Part shown: positions 1 to 9,733 of the stretch, in pieces
How positions within the stretch are numbered: position 1 is the first letter of the stretch
Layout of the letters: every line of letters begins with the position of its first letter
Sequence record: QB031382.1
Length of the DNA: 64,000 bases
Strand: one strand, 5' to 3'
Origin: a phage
Made by a program: the position numbers and the translations under genes
The notes under the pieces: generated by a model
Databases searched by the model: none
Told to the model about the DNA's origin: nothing
The model's input: the letters and a program-made list of their open reading frames with translations, nothing else

Positions 1-890
1 AAAACCTCCCTAATTGCGGGGAAATCTTTATTATTGACACCACCAACCTGCCATGGTAACATGATAGAGGCTTCGAAGAGAGATCGAAGGTATGGTAACA
101 GTGTGTTAATTTAGATAATCCGCAGCGAAGCATCCGAAAGGATGAACGTTCAACGACTAGTCGAAAGACGTAGAATCAAGCGATTCGAAACGGGAGGGTG
201 AATGTGTAATACTAAAAAATGTATGGATTGCCAAAGAGTTCTACCTCTTGATGATTTCTTTTTATCATCTAAGAGCAAGGATGGATACTCAGGTACATGC
301 AAGGAATGCTATATGTACTACAGGAAGAATGGATCTCGTAGAAACAAAAATATGGTTAAGAGAGATGATGCAGCATCTTTTATTCAAGACTTGCTGAAGA
401 AAGGTGAGCTTTTTGAATGTAAATCTTGTCATGAAAGTATGCTTGCTGATAGTTTTTACACAAAACGTGACTATGGTAAAGTGTATCTGGTTACGAACAG
501 GTGTAAGATGTGTGAAAAGTTTTATCAGATTGAGAAGAAATTTCACATAACAAAAGATGAATACTATCGTTTACTCTCAGATCAAGATCATAAGTGTGCC
601 ATTTGTAGAATATCTCTTGATGAGTATAGGACGCAAGGGTACAGAGATTTCTTTTGTGTTGATCATGATCATAAAACTGGTGCTGTAAGAGGGTTGCTTT
701 GTGATAAATGCAACAGAGCTTTAGGTTTCTTCCAAGAGGATGAGGAAACCATTCTTAGAGCGGCAGAGTATTTGCACATTCATAAGATATAGTCTGGTCT
801 GCATGGAGACATGCAGCTGCCTGAAAATGGCGGGGCAAGACTAGCGACCTTGCCCGAACATAAACGACGCAGTTCGAATGGGAGCAGATA
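1..890 (+). mobile_element. Probable group I intron (5' end outside window) interrupting the large-terminase gene and carrying an HNH endonuclease ORF
   Basis: 1-201 and 793-~890 have stops in all frames. 12-24 reads AATTGCGGGGAAA, resembling a conserved group I intron core element. The downstream ORF encodes only the C-terminal part of a terminase. 3' boundary uncertain (864-899). Confidence 0.4.
202..792 (+). CDS. HNH homing endonuclease (intron-encoded or free-standing)
   Basis: ATG preceded by GGGAGGG. Cys-rich; C-terminal CVDHDHKTGAVRGLLCDKCNRALG is a classic HNH motif. AT-rich codon usage unlike neighbouring virion genes. Confidence 0.8.
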   Translation: MCNTKKCMDCQRVLPLDDFFLSSKSKDGYSGTCKECYMYYRKNGSRRNKNMVKRDDAASFIQDLLKKGELFECKSCHESMLADSFYTKRDYGKVYLVTNRCKMCEKFYQIEKKFHITKDEYYRLLSDQDHKCAICRISLDEYRTQGYRDFFCVDHDHKTGAVRGLLCDKCNRALGFFQEDEETILRAAEYLHIHKI

Positions 891-899
891 GACTATCTG

Positions 900-1988
900 A
901 TGTCTCGTCTGCGATCTCAGTCAAAGTATCCATCAAGAATGGTTATTAGCTGTAACCCCGATTCAGAACACATGCTTGCCAAACTGGTTAGATGGTGGTT
1001 GGACGATGAAGGGTATCCAGATCCGGAGAAATGCGGTAAGAAAAGATATTTTATCCGACGCGACGGTGAATTTATCTGGGGAGACTCTAAAGAAGAGTTG
1101 ATAGAGAAATACACCACGGTTAACGGACTGGGTGTGGAGATCAAGCCAAGACCGTTGTCATTCTCATTTATAGGCGCAACAATATTCGATAATCCTGTCT
1201 GCTTAAGAGACAACCCCGAATATCTTGCTTTCCTTGAAGGTCTGCCGGAACTGGAAAAAGCTCAGCTTCTTCATGGTAACTGGTTTGCAAAACCTGAGGG
1301 TGCAAACTATTTTCAAAGATCTTTCCTTCGTGATGCCGATAGAGTACCCCTTGGATCAGTATCTTGTAGGGCATGGGATAAGGCAGGAACCGAGAGAACT
1401 TCCGGTAATAAATTTCCTGACTTTACCGCCAGTGTTAAGGTAAGTAAAGATAGCGACGGCTTTTATTACCTGTCCGGTGATTATTGTCCTGAGAACGTGG
1501 ATGACGGGAGATATTCCACAGGTCTGGAAGGTAAGTTCTGTAAAAAGGCTGGTGAACGAGATGTGATCATCAGGAAACAGGCGCAGTTTGATGGTGATGA
1601 TTGTATAATCGTATTCTCTGTGGACCCAGGTCAGGCAGGTAAGAGTGAGTTCTTAACCTCCTCCAGATCCTTACTCGCCGAAGGGTTCAGGGTTGAAGAA
1701 GATCCAATGCCTTCCAACAAATCTAAACTGACAAGGTTCTCACCTTTTGCCAATCTTGCCCAACAAGGAATGGTGAGGATTGTAAAATCCAGTTTCCATC
1801 CTGACACTCTGGAAGCATTTCTGACTGAACTTGAAAAGTTCAACGGGGAAAGATCAACATTTAACAGAAAAGACGACTGGGCCGACTGTGTAGCTTCTGC
1901 GATTAATTTCCTGGAGAAAGAGGAGGTAGCTCTGCCTTGTGTGATTCCATCAATCTCATCACCTTCTATGTTCAAGCGTTTTATCTAA
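900..1988 (+). CDS. terL: Terminase large subunit, C-terminal portion (end of ATPase domain plus nuclease domain); true 5' boundary is an exon junction between 864 and 900
   Basis: Motifs FIGATIFDNP, VFSVDPGQAG and C-terminal DDWADCVASAINFL match terminase patterns. Frame is open from 864. No Walker A in this ORF. Confidence 0.6.
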   Translation: MSRLRSQSKYPSRMVISCNPDSEHMLAKLVRWWLDDEGYPDPEKCGKKRYFIRRDGEFIWGDSKEELIEKYTTVNGLGVEIKPRPLSFSFIGATIFDNPVCLRDNPEYLAFLEGLPELEKAQLLHGNWFAKPEGANYFQRSFLRDADRVPLGSVSCRAWDKAGTERTSGNKFPDFTASVKVSKDSDGFYYLSGDYCPENVDDGRYSTGLEGKFCKKAGERDVIIRKQAQFDGDDCIIVFSVDPGQAGKSEFLTSSRSLLAEGFRVEEDPMPSNKSKLTRFSPFANLAQQGMVRIVKSSFHPDTLEAFLTELEKFNGERSTFNRKDDWADCVASAINFLEKEEVALPCVIPSISSPSMFKRFI

Positions 1989-2037
1989 GTGTTGCCAATC
2001 TTAATTAGATGTGGTAGAATAGAGTAATCGGAGATAC

Positions 2038-2066
2038 TAGCCCTCTGACACGAGGGCTATTTTGTT
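2038..2066 (+). terminator. Intrinsic terminator after terminase
   Basis: Perfect 8-bp stem TAGCCCTC/GAGGGCTA, 6-nt loop, then TTTTGTT. Confidence 0.5.
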
Positions 2067-2090
2067 ATACTGTTTTGAGGGGTAAAGCTT

Positions 2091-3647
2091 GTGTCCAAAA
2101 AGAACCGCAGGAAACACAACGCCACAGCCAAAACTGTGAATAAATCTGGGAACGCAGGCGCACCAACTCATAATGTTCGTATGAGTGAGATCGGTTCTGG
2201 CGCACTTTCCCAAATTATGGCAGAGTCACAATCTATGATGGTTGAGGAATTGCGTTGGCCTCAGCTGATTGCAACAGTGGAGACTATGAAATGTGATTCC
2301 ACAGTTGCTACTGCCTTAGATACAAAATATGTTTTCATCACGAAAGCATTCAATGATTTTAAGATCCTTTATAATGTTAAAAGTGAAGACTCTAAGAAAG
2401 CTGCCGAGCTTATAGAGTATTCTTTGCGTAATTTGGCAAACCAACAAACTCTTCGAGATATTGCAAGAAGCGCAGCTACCTTTAACGAGTATGGTTTTTC
2501 ACTGTTTGAGAAAGTATACCGCAGAGAGAAAGAAGGTAAATACGCCGGGATGCTTCTTATTGATAAGATTGCGTTCCGACCACAGGCCAGTTTGTCCAGA
2601 TCAGAGCCGTTTGTCTTTGACAAGAATAGTAGAACACTGACAGGTATTTATCAATCACCTAATGCATTTCTAAACACGCAGAATGCACGCTGGGCTGGCC
2701 CTCTTGCTGCAATGCCTTCAAAAGGCTTTAATGAGCCTGAAATTTTCATCCCTGCTAAAAAGCTTATGCTCATGACCCTGTCAGGAACAGAATCTAACCC
2801 TGCAGGTGTGTCACCGATGATAGGTTGCTACAGATCTTTCCGTGAGAAAGTTCTGATTGAAAACCTTGAGGTTGTTGGCTGTTCCAAAGACCTTGGTGGT
2901 GTGCTTGAGCTGAAAATTCCTTCCAATATTCTGAACAAGGCCAGTATTGACCCGAATTCAATGGAAGGGAGAATGGTTGCAGATCTTATGCTTGACGCAG
3001 CAAATGCCCATAGCGGGGAGCAAAGTTTCTTTATACTTCCGTCTGATAGAGATAAGTCTGGTAAAGAGCTTTACTCCATGACCCTGAAGGGGGTTGACGG
3101 CATGGGTAAGCAGTATTCCACTAAAGATTTGATTGATGCCCGTAAGAAGGCGATTCTTGACCGTTTCGGTGCTGGCTTTATTAACCTCGGTAACGATAAC
3201 GTTGGGTCCTTCTCTCTGTCTGAGTCAAAACAATCTATCCATGGTCATTTTGTTCAGCGTGATATAGATATTATCACTGAGGCCTTCAATAAAGATCTTA
3301 TTCCACAGCTTCTGGCATTGAATGGTATCATCCTTGAAGATGATGATATGCCTAAACTGAAACCTGGTCTGATTGAAGAAGTGGACATGGAGAGCTTCTC
3401 CAAGTTTGTCCAGAGGATCGGTGCTGTAGGTTACTTGCCAAAAACTCCTGCAGTAATTAATAAGATTCTTGAAGTAGGCGGGTTTGATGAAAGATTTGAC
3501 GAAGACATGGATCAGGAAGAGCTGATGAAGCTCTTGGGCCAAGATATCAGCAGGGCTGGTGATGGTATGGCTGCAGGATCCACTGGCAACGGCACTTCTA
3601 AGATGTCATCAACCAGAGATAATTCCATATCTAACATGGAAAATTAA
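2091..3647 (+). CDS. Portal protein (putative)
   Basis: 518-aa ORF directly after terminase; GTG start with GAGGGG RBS. Called from position and size only. Confidence 0.5.
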   Translation: MSKKNRRKHNATAKTVNKSGNAGAPTHNVRMSEIGSGALSQIMAESQSMMVEELRWPQLIATVETMKCDSTVATALDTKYVFITKAFNDFKILYNVKSEDSKKAAELIEYSLRNLANQQTLRDIARSAATFNEYGFSLFEKVYRREKEGKYAGMLLIDKIAFRPQASLSRSEPFVFDKNSRTLTGIYQSPNAFLNTQNARWAGPLAAMPSKGFNEPEIFIPAKKLMLMTLSGTESNPAGVSPMIGCYRSFREKVLIENLEVVGCSKDLGGVLELKIPSNILNKASIDPNSMEGRMVADLMLDAANAHSGEQSFFILPSDRDKSGKELYSMTLKGVDGMGKQYSTKDLIDARKKAILDRFGAGFINLGNDNVGSFSLSESKQSIHGHFVQRDIDIITEAFNKDLIPQLLALNGIILEDDDMPKLKPGLIEEVDMESFSKFVQRIGAVGYLPKTPAVINKILEVGGFDERFDEDMDQEELMKLLGQDISRAGDGMAAGSTGNGTSKMSSTRDNSISNMEN

Positions 3648-3714
3648 AAATTATCAACACAGGGGGTTGCAAAACCTCCTTTGGCGTGATAAAATAATCC
3701 ACATGGGGAATAAA

Positions 3715-4134
3715 ATGCCACAGGAAGAAATGATTTCCTACGAAATCATCTACGAACCTGACACTAAAGATGCTCACGGTGAGTGGATGAGTAAAGACAC
3801 CATCAAAAAGGCTAAAGATAACTGGGACGCAGCATACGCCGCAGGCCTAGTTTCTGAAAACCTTTTTCACTTGACCTCTACAGATGCTTTCACCATTGAA
3901 AAGACGTGGATTCAAGAAGAGTTTGATGTTGTAGTGATTGGCACTGAGCAGGTCATCAAGGCTGGCTCTTGGGTTGCTAAAGTTAAATACAATAATCCTG
4001 AATTATGGGAAGCTAAGAAGGCTGGCATTGTTGGTGGCCTAAGCATTCAGGCAACAGGTAATGTTGATGAAGAAACTGGTGAAATTACCAACGTAAACTT
4101 CGGGATCAGTGTTGTAGAAGAGGGCAATGAATGA
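3715..4134 (+). CDS. Head morphogenesis protein, possibly XkdF-like prohead protease
   Basis: ATG 3715 after GGGGA; the longer ORF from 3559 would overlap the portal. YEPDTKDAHGEWMSKD resembles XkdF-type protease N-termini. Stop overlaps next start (ATGA). Confidence 0.35.
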   Translation: MPQEEMISYEIIYEPDTKDAHGEWMSKDTIKKAKDNWDAAYAAGLVSENLFHLTSTDAFTIEKTWIQEEFDVVVIGTEQVIKAGSWVAKVKYNNPELWEAKKAGIVGGLSIQATGNVDEETGEITNVNFGISVVEEGNE

Positions 4135-5111
4135 TGTCTGAAAAAACGATTACTATTAAAGAGAAGGGGATTGCCCTGTGCCATAAGGCGCAAGGCTATA
4201 GCGCTAACAACAGACCTGTATCTCTTTTGATGAAGAGTGATCTTCAGCCTGAGCAGTTGACAGACGATATTGTTAAGGCACTTCGCCAAGTTACTGTGGA
4301 GCTTAGTTTTGAAGAATACCTGCGTCGTTTCTTCGATATGTGGTATGACGATGCCAAGGCACTTGCACACATGCTTGGTTTTGAGATTGAAGAGGAAGCT
4401 TGGGCTAAAGAGCATCCTGATTGGGAATGGGCGCAAGCTGACGCAGAGTCTTGCATTGCATGGCTGGAAGAGCGTTGTGATAACGTGACCATTCATAAAG
4501 CTGCAAAAGAAGGCAAGCAGCTTAGTGTGGTAGATCAGTACAGCCTGTTAAAAACACAACAGATTTTTGAACAAGTAACCGCTGATCTCTTCGATAAAGA
4601 AGGGAACCTGATCAAGGCGGTACAGGAACCTGCTGAGGTGGATAAAACTACCGAGGTGGATGATGTTGCAAAATCCGCAAATACCGAGGAGAATCCGGTG
4701 GACGTAACCAAAACTAAAGAGTATCTGGATCTGCTGAAGCAAGTAGAAGAGCTGAAAGCAACCCAGAGTAAAGCTGAAGAAATCATCAAGGCCCAGGTTG
4801 AAGTTGAAAAAGCTAAAATGCTGGCTAAAGCTCAAGCTTTAAGCTTTGTTGGTGAAGAAGATCATGCAACCCTTGTTGACTTCATGCTGGAAAAAGCTAA
4901 CGAACCTATCGTAGCTATGCTGGAGAAAGCTCAAGCCAAAATTAAAGAGCTGGAAGCAGAGGTGCATAAAACCAAAGAAGAGTTTGCCACCACTGAACAT
5001 GGTAATGATGGCGAACCTGTTGTGGATGATATTGCAAAATCCGCAGAAGAAATTCTTGCTGAAAACGTTGCAAAAGCGCTTGCTCGTGCACGTGCAGAAT
5101 CTAACAAATAA
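4131..5111 (+). CDS. Scaffolding protein (putative)
   Basis: Acidic, Ala/Glu/Lys-rich, predicted coiled coil; lies between portal and capsid genes. Confidence 0.5.
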   Translation: MMSEKTITIKEKGIALCHKAQGYSANNRPVSLLMKSDLQPEQLTDDIVKALRQVTVELSFEEYLRRFFDMWYDDAKALAHMLGFEIEEEAWAKEHPDWEWAQADAESCIAWLEERCDNVTIHKAAKEGKQLSVVDQYSLLKTQQIFEQVTADLFDKEGNLIKAVQEPAEVDKTTEVDDVAKSANTEENPVDVTKTKEYLDLLKQVEELKATQSKAEEIIKAQVEVEKAKMLAKAQALSFVGEEDHATLVDFMLEKANEPIVAMLEKAQAKIKELEAEVHKTKEEFATTEHGNDGEPVVDDIAKSAEEILAENVAKALARARAESNK

Positions 5112-5131
5112 GACATTAACGGGGGAAATAA

Positions 5132-5524
5132 ATGATTACCGCTCAATATTCTGATATCGTGCTCGGCAAAGTTGATTCTAGCGATGCTGGCTACAATTTT
5201 AAAGAGATGCAAATTACACTGACAGAGCATCACCACGCTGGCACGGTTGTGACCAAAAATGGTAGCATTGCCAATCAGGACGGTTCAGACGCTTACGGCG
5301 TTCTGGTGGATCGTGCTTTAATTCCCGACTCTGCTGGTAAAGTTCATCTCGCTGAGCCTCTGCAAACAGGCCAGAAATATAAACTGGTTGTCGCCGTGCG
5401 TGGTGTTACTTTTGCCAAGGATAAATTGCTGGCAACTGATGGCGCTAAAGCAGCACAGGCTGTGTTAGACAAGCTTGAGGCTCTGGGTAACAAGGTTCAA
5501 GTCCAGACCCTTGGTGATGAGTAA
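5132..5524 (+). CDS. Head decoration or accessory protein (putative)
   Basis: 130-aa ORF immediately upstream of the capsid gene; host-optimised codons (ctg, cgt, ggt). Confidence 0.35.
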   Translation: MITAQYSDIVLGKVDSSDAGYNFKEMQITLTEHHHAGTVVTKNGSIANQDGSDAYGVLVDRALIPDSAGKVHLAEPLQTGQKYKLVVAVRGVTFAKDKLLATDGAKAAQAVLDKLEALGNKVQVQTLGDE

Positions 5525-5572
5525 GCCCTAAATTGTTCGGGAAAATATTTAAGTTTTACTTTGGAGAAATAA

Positions 5573-6580
5573 ATGATTACTCGTAAAGATGAATTTGGCA
5601 TTGTTGATTTAGGTGCTACTCTGGACCTTGTTCCGCGTCAATTCCGACTGATCACTGGTATGGATCTGTTCGAAACCCGTCTCGGCACCTCAACAATTGC
5701 CCAGATCGAGCGTGTTGATGAAGTTGTAACCGACATTCCGGCACGCCGTCGTGGTGGTGAGCGTAACTACGTTGGTAGTGAACGTGCTCAGGTTAAAAAC
5801 CTGAACATCCCGTTCTTCCCTCTGGACAAAGGCATCACTGCCGCAGATGTTCAGAACTTCCGTCGTTACTTCACCCCTGATGCTCCGAAAACTGTTCAGG
5901 ACGTAGTAACCCGCGTTGTTCGCCGTATCCGTGTTTCTCATGAAGCACTGCGTGAGAAAGCGCTGTTCCAGGCTATTCTGGGTAAATCCTATGCACCTGG
6001 TGACGCTACCTGTCAGTATGATTACTACACTCTGTGGGGTGTGTCTCAGAAGTCTGTTGAGATTGACCCTGCAAAAGCAGATCAGGATCCTATGGAGGTT
6101 CTGGAAGAAGCTCGTCTGCACATCGCACTGCAAGCTGGCGATAACGCAGCTGGCTATCGTATTGTAGCTCTGTGCTCACCAGAGTTCTTCAGCGCTATTA
6201 CCCATCACCCGCTGGTAGAACTGGCATACACCTATTACGGCTCTGCTCAGGAACCTCTGCGTCGCCGTCTGGGTGCTGGCGGTCAAGACAGCGTATATCG
6301 TGTGTTTGAACATAAAGGTATCACCTTTATCGAAGATATCTCTGGTAATATTCCTAAGAAAGAAGCTCGCATTCTGCCGATGGGTATTGATCAGATGTTC
6401 CAGCTGCACTTTGCTCCGGCAGACGATGTTAACGAAGCAAACACTCCAGCACAGGAACTGTACATGTGGTATAAACACTCTGCATACCTGCGTGAAGAGA
6501 AGATTGAATCTGAAACTTCCATGCTGGCAGTTAACACCCGTCCAGAGCTGGTTGTTAAAGCAACTCTGAAAAGTGAATAA
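5573..6580 (+). CDS. Major capsid protein, lambda gpE-like family
   Basis: 335 aa with strongly host-optimised codons. C-terminal region resembles gpE-type capsid proteins. Followed by a strong terminator. Confidence 0.65.
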   Translation: MITRKDEFGIVDLGATLDLVPRQFRLITGMDLFETRLGTSTIAQIERVDEVVTDIPARRRGGERNYVGSERAQVKNLNIPFFPLDKGITAADVQNFRRYFTPDAPKTVQDVVTRVVRRIRVSHEALREKALFQAILGKSYAPGDATCQYDYYTLWGVSQKSVEIDPAKADQDPMEVLEEARLHIALQAGDNAAGYRIVALCSPEFFSAITHHPLVELAYTYYGSAQEPLRRRLGAGGQDSVYRVFEHKGITFIEDISGNIPKKEARILPMGIDQMFQLHFAPADDVNEANTPAQELYMWYKHSAYLREEKIESETSMLAVNTRPELVVKATLKSE

Positions 6581-6604
6581 TCACTAAGGTGATTCATCCC
6601 ATAT

Positions 6605-6637
6605 GGGGAGGGGGTTCTCCCCCTCCCCTTTTTATTT
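6605..6637 (+). terminator. Intrinsic terminator after capsid gene
   Basis: Perfect 10-bp stem GGGGAGGGGG/CCCCCTCCCC, TTCT loop, then TTTTTATTT. Confidence 0.7.
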
Positions 6638-6661
6638 ATTAGGGTTTAACAGGAGTGTCCC

Positions 6662-7477
6662 GTGAAGAGAGCCGTATATCCAGTTGAGTATGATCCTCTA
6701 TTAAGAGTTTTCAACAATCAGCTAAGTTTCTATCAATTTTTAGCACAATATAACCCAGAAATCAATGTTGGTTTATCAGCCCTGCTGCCACCAACAGAGT
6801 TCGTTATTGGTAGTGTTCACTACCCATGCAGAACTATTGTAGACTTCTTCGAGAAGATTGCAAAACATACAGGCCTGCCAATTGATACTGGTATTTCAAC
6901 TATCCGTATGGGTGTTATTCTTCTGTTCTTCACAGAGAGCCTTGATGAAAGCACTTTAACACTGCAAAGCGGTGATGTCAATATCACACTCACTCCGTCA
7001 GTATTTAAAGAGGTAGATGCTGCTTTCAAAGTTTCCGTGGCAGAGGGACATCTGTGGGACCCTGTAGGGATGCCTAAAAAAGTGACCATAAACGATGAGC
7101 AATGCAACATTGTTTATGAAGAAGATACCCAAACTTTTACCATCGAATGGCCTAAGAAACGCTCTCAGGTTGTAAATCTTGGGCTGACCTCTACAGTGGC
7201 CCCAGAGCCTGAACCTGAAGTTCCGGAACCACCTCTTGAGGGTGACGGTGAAGACCCTGTAGCAGATCCACAAGATGTGGCTGTAGCCTCTTTCGCACCT
7301 GCAGCTGTTGAGAATAAGGATGAAATCCTTAAACAGGCCGCAGCTCTTAACAACGAAGATGACAAAAGTGGTTCAAAAGATGCACTCCAAACCTTTGCTA
7401 AAGAGTATGGTGTTACCTTAAGCAAGGCAAAAACTTTCCAAAATATGATGAAAGATTTTGAGGCTGCACTGGCATAA
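6662..7477 (+). CDS. Hypothetical virion protein with Pro/Glu-rich linker
   Basis: GTG start after AGGAG. Contains a PEPEPEVPEPP linker. Lies between capsid and tail genes. Confidence 0.5.
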   Translation: MKRAVYPVEYDPLLRVFNNQLSFYQFLAQYNPEINVGLSALLPPTEFVIGSVHYPCRTIVDFFEKIAKHTGLPIDTGISTIRMGVILLFFTESLDESTLTLQSGDVNITLTPSVFKEVDAAFKVSVAEGHLWDPVGMPKKVTINDEQCNIVYEEDTQTFTIEWPKKRSQVVNLGLTSTVAPEPEPEVPEPPLEGDGEDPVADPQDVAVASFAPAAVENKDEILKQAAALNNEDDKSGSKDALQTFAKEYGVTLSKAKTFQNMMKDFEAALA

Positions 7478-7486
7478 TTTTGTTAA

Positions 7487-7520
7487 GGCCCCTTCCAAGT
7501 CAGGAATGGGGCTTTATTTT
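7487..7520 (+). terminator. Intrinsic terminator
   Basis: GGCCCCTTCC ... GGAATGGGGC stem followed by TTTATTTTT. Confidence 0.45.
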
Positions 7521-7536
7521 TACGAGGTATTTTCAA

Positions 7537-8157
7537 ATGGCATGGTATGAAGATGAAGAGATTATCCCGTCCCCTCCTGACCATGATGGTGTAGTCGATA
7601 CCCCAGAAGAACCACCAAAAGAAGATCCTGCACCTTCTGAACCTGATCCAGACCAACCTCTTATTGATATTATGAGGTTATTGCTTGGCAATGTTGATGA
7701 GGAAACACTCCCTGACGGGGTAATTAAAACATTCCTTGACATGGAGAAGCTGAAACTAAATTATCCGGCAGACCCTGATAAGCTGCCCCTGCTTAAATAC
7801 AATGTGCTTGTGCAGCTTGTGCGGTGGCTGATGATGCAGGAAGTGTCTAGCGGTAATGCAAGTATAACTTCCCGTCTGGAAAAAATAGGTGATGAGACCA
7901 TAGAGATTCGTGGTGGATCTTCCTACGCCCAGTGGAAAGATTTCCTTGATTGGCTGCTGGCACACCCTGACTATGTAGACTCTGAGCTAGATGCTTATAG
8001 CAGAATGATTATCATTGGTGGTGTTCGTGTAGATGAAGGAATTCGGGTTAAATTTAATGAAAACAGTAACGGCCCGTTCGATGTTCAGGGAATTACACCT
8101 ATCAGTGGTCTAAATAATCAACCTCCTCGCCACCCAAGACGCAAACGCAGTTTTTAA
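7537..8157 (+). CDS. Hypothetical acidic protein (head-tail joining region)
   Basis: ATG 7537 downstream of GAGG. The TTG-initiated extension from 7480 would include the upstream terminator. Confidence 0.5.
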   Translation: MAWYEDEEIIPSPPDHDGVVDTPEEPPKEDPAPSEPDPDQPLIDIMRLLLGNVDEETLPDGVIKTFLDMEKLKLNYPADPDKLPLLKYNVLVQLVRWLMMQEVSSGNASITSRLEKIGDETIEIRGGSSYAQWKDFLDWLLAHPDYVDSELDAYSRMIIIGGVRVDEGIRVKFNENSNGPFDVQGITPISGLNNQPPRHPRRKRSF

Positions 8158-8163
8158 AAATTG

Positions 8164-8192
8164 TTGCTTTTGATGTATCTTTGTGGTAAAAT
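8164..8192 (+). promoter_or_regulatory. Sigma70-like promoter
   Basis: TTGCTT, 17-nt spacer, TGGTAAAAT. Confidence 0.5.
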
Positions 8193-8210
8193 ACATTAGT
8201 GAGGAATATA

Positions 8211-8675
8211 ATGCTAAAGGTTAAATGTCAAACAAGGTTCAACTTAAAGCGTTTAGATCGCTTTTATAAAGACCTTGTGAAACTTGAAAGCAAAACAATA
8301 ACCTACGGCTTTTATGATGAACCTCACCCGTCAGGCTTAAATATGGCAACATTGGCAGCTATTCACAACTTCGGTTGGAACGGGCTGCCTGTTCGCAATT
8401 TCATGGAGACGGCCTTTGCATTTCACAGCACGCAACTGCAGACCTTGACAGAAAAATTGTTGAGAGCTATGGCTAGAGGATCAAGCGCAGAGGCTGTTCT
8501 TAAGCAGATGGGGGACACAGGGGCCAAAGCTATCCAGTTTGTTATTGAGGCTGGGCAGTTTAGTAACCCTACTGTTAGTGAGCAGTGGGCACAAGAGAAG
8601 GGCTTCAACGAGGCTATGCGGCATTACGATGTGCTGCTGGAATCTGCAACCTTTAAAATTGGACAGCAAAAATAA
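8211..8675 (+). CDS. Hypothetical neck or head-completion protein
   Basis: ATG 8211 after GAGG; downstream of the 8164 promoter. Confidence 0.5.
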   Translation: MLKVKCQTRFNLKRLDRFYKDLVKLESKTITYGFYDEPHPSGLNMATLAAIHNFGWNGLPVRNFMETAFAFHSTQLQTLTEKLLRAMARGSSAEAVLKQMGDTGAKAIQFVIEAGQFSNPTVSEQWAQEKGFNEAMRHYDVLLESATFKIGQQK

Positions 8676-8684
8676 GGGGGTTGA

Positions 8685-9110
8685 GTGGCAGCAGGTTATA
8701 AGCTGATAGGAAAGAACAGGCTAATACCCCGTAAAACATTCAAAGGTCGCCACAGAGTGTATAACAAAACAGTTGGTGGTCCTTTTGCTAACGAGGGGTT
8801 AGAACTTGAGTATGAAGAGTTTGATGTCTTAGAGTGTGTTGTGCAGCCGTTGACGGGAAGGGCAGCTAAAGACTACTCCTCTCAAATAAATCCTGAAGGT
8901 GACAGACAGTACGAGGCTTTTACAGTTTACTCCTCAACCAAGTTGTATAGTCCAGATGAAGGAACATATGCAATGGCTGATCAAATTCAACTGCCTGGCA
9001 TCCGGGGTGACTTGAAATGGTTTACCGTTTTAAAATGCGATGCATATGTAACGTCTGGTGGTGGAAGATATAGATTTTTTGTGGTAGAAGAGCCTGAAGG
9101 AGAAGACTGA
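8685..9110 (+). CDS. Hypothetical neck or tail-completion protein
   Basis: GTG start after AAGGGGG; 141 aa. Confidence 0.45.
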   Translation: MAAGYKLIGKNRLIPRKTFKGRHRVYNKTVGGPFANEGLELEYEEFDVLECVVQPLTGRAAKDYSSQINPEGDRQYEAFTVYSSTKLYSPDEGTYAMADQIQLPGIRGDLKWFTVLKCDAYVTSGGGRYRFFVVEEPEGED

Positions 9111-9661
9111 TGGAAGCTTTCGAAAAAGTTTTTTCTGATCTTGAAACAACCATTGCTAAGCTTGTCAAGGTTGCCACAGGAAGAACTGTAGTTCTGGCAG
9201 AAAGCTCTACCATACCGAAGCCGGAAGGTGAGTTTGTACTTTTACAAACCTTGGCGATCAATCCCGCCACTTGGGAAGATAATGAGTTTCAAGATGCGGA
9301 GGGTAATGCTTACGTAACACACAGTTACACTGTTACCTATCTGTTAACAGCTTATCGTGGCAGGGCACATGCTGCACTTAGCAGAGTATTGCAAGCAATA
9401 AATCTTCCAATGTTTTATGACAAGTATTTCCCTCTGGGATCGTGCTTTGCTTACTCTAACAATTCAACAATCTCCCCTCAAAGGGTGCCGTTGAATAAGC
9501 AGACGTATGAAAATAGAGCCACGGTAATGCTGACATTTAACGTAAGGTTTGTTGAGACAGACATTGGGGCTTTTGAGGATCTTCAGGGAATTAAGGCTGA
9601 AATAACCACGCACTTCCCTTCACCCAATTCTGATAAATCGGTTACAGACAGTGGTCAGTAA
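9110..9661 (+). CDS. Hypothetical neck or tail-completion protein
   Basis: ATG overlaps upstream stop; 183 aa. Confidence 0.45.
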   Translation: MEAFEKVFSDLETTIAKLVKVATGRTVVLAESSTIPKPEGEFVLLQTLAINPATWEDNEFQDAEGNAYVTHSYTVTYLLTAYRGRAHAALSRVLQAINLPMFYDKYFPLGSCFAYSNNSTISPQRVPLNKQTYENRATVMLTFNVRFVETDIGAFEDLQGIKAEITTHFPSPNSDKSVTDSGQ

Positions 9662-9695
9662 TCGTTATAATTGTGTAGTGTAATGATTACACTGC
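9642..9695 (+). promoter_or_regulatory. Candidate promoter plus 5'-leader palindrome upstream of sheath gene
   Basis: TTACAG, 18-nt spacer, TATAAT (9666-9671), then near-perfect palindrome AGTGTAAT-G-ATTACACT (9677-9693). Confidence 0.4.
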
Positions 9696-9733
9696 GTGTT
9701 TGATATCCGTGCACAGATATTAAGAGGAAACAA

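Noticed and set aside
3559-3714. 5' extension of the 3715 ORF overlapping the portal gene by ~90 nt
   Set aside because: It would overlap the portal 3' end out of frame and span a hairpin at 3662-3679; ATG 3715 with a GGGGA RBS is the better start.
7195-7240. Pro/Glu-rich PEPEPEVPEPP run as a repeat element
   Set aside because: It is a short in-frame low-complexity linker within the 6662-7477 ORF.
7480-7536. TTG-initiated extension of the 7537 gene
   Set aside because: The extension would include the terminator hairpin at 7487-7520; ATG 7537 with an RBS is preferred.
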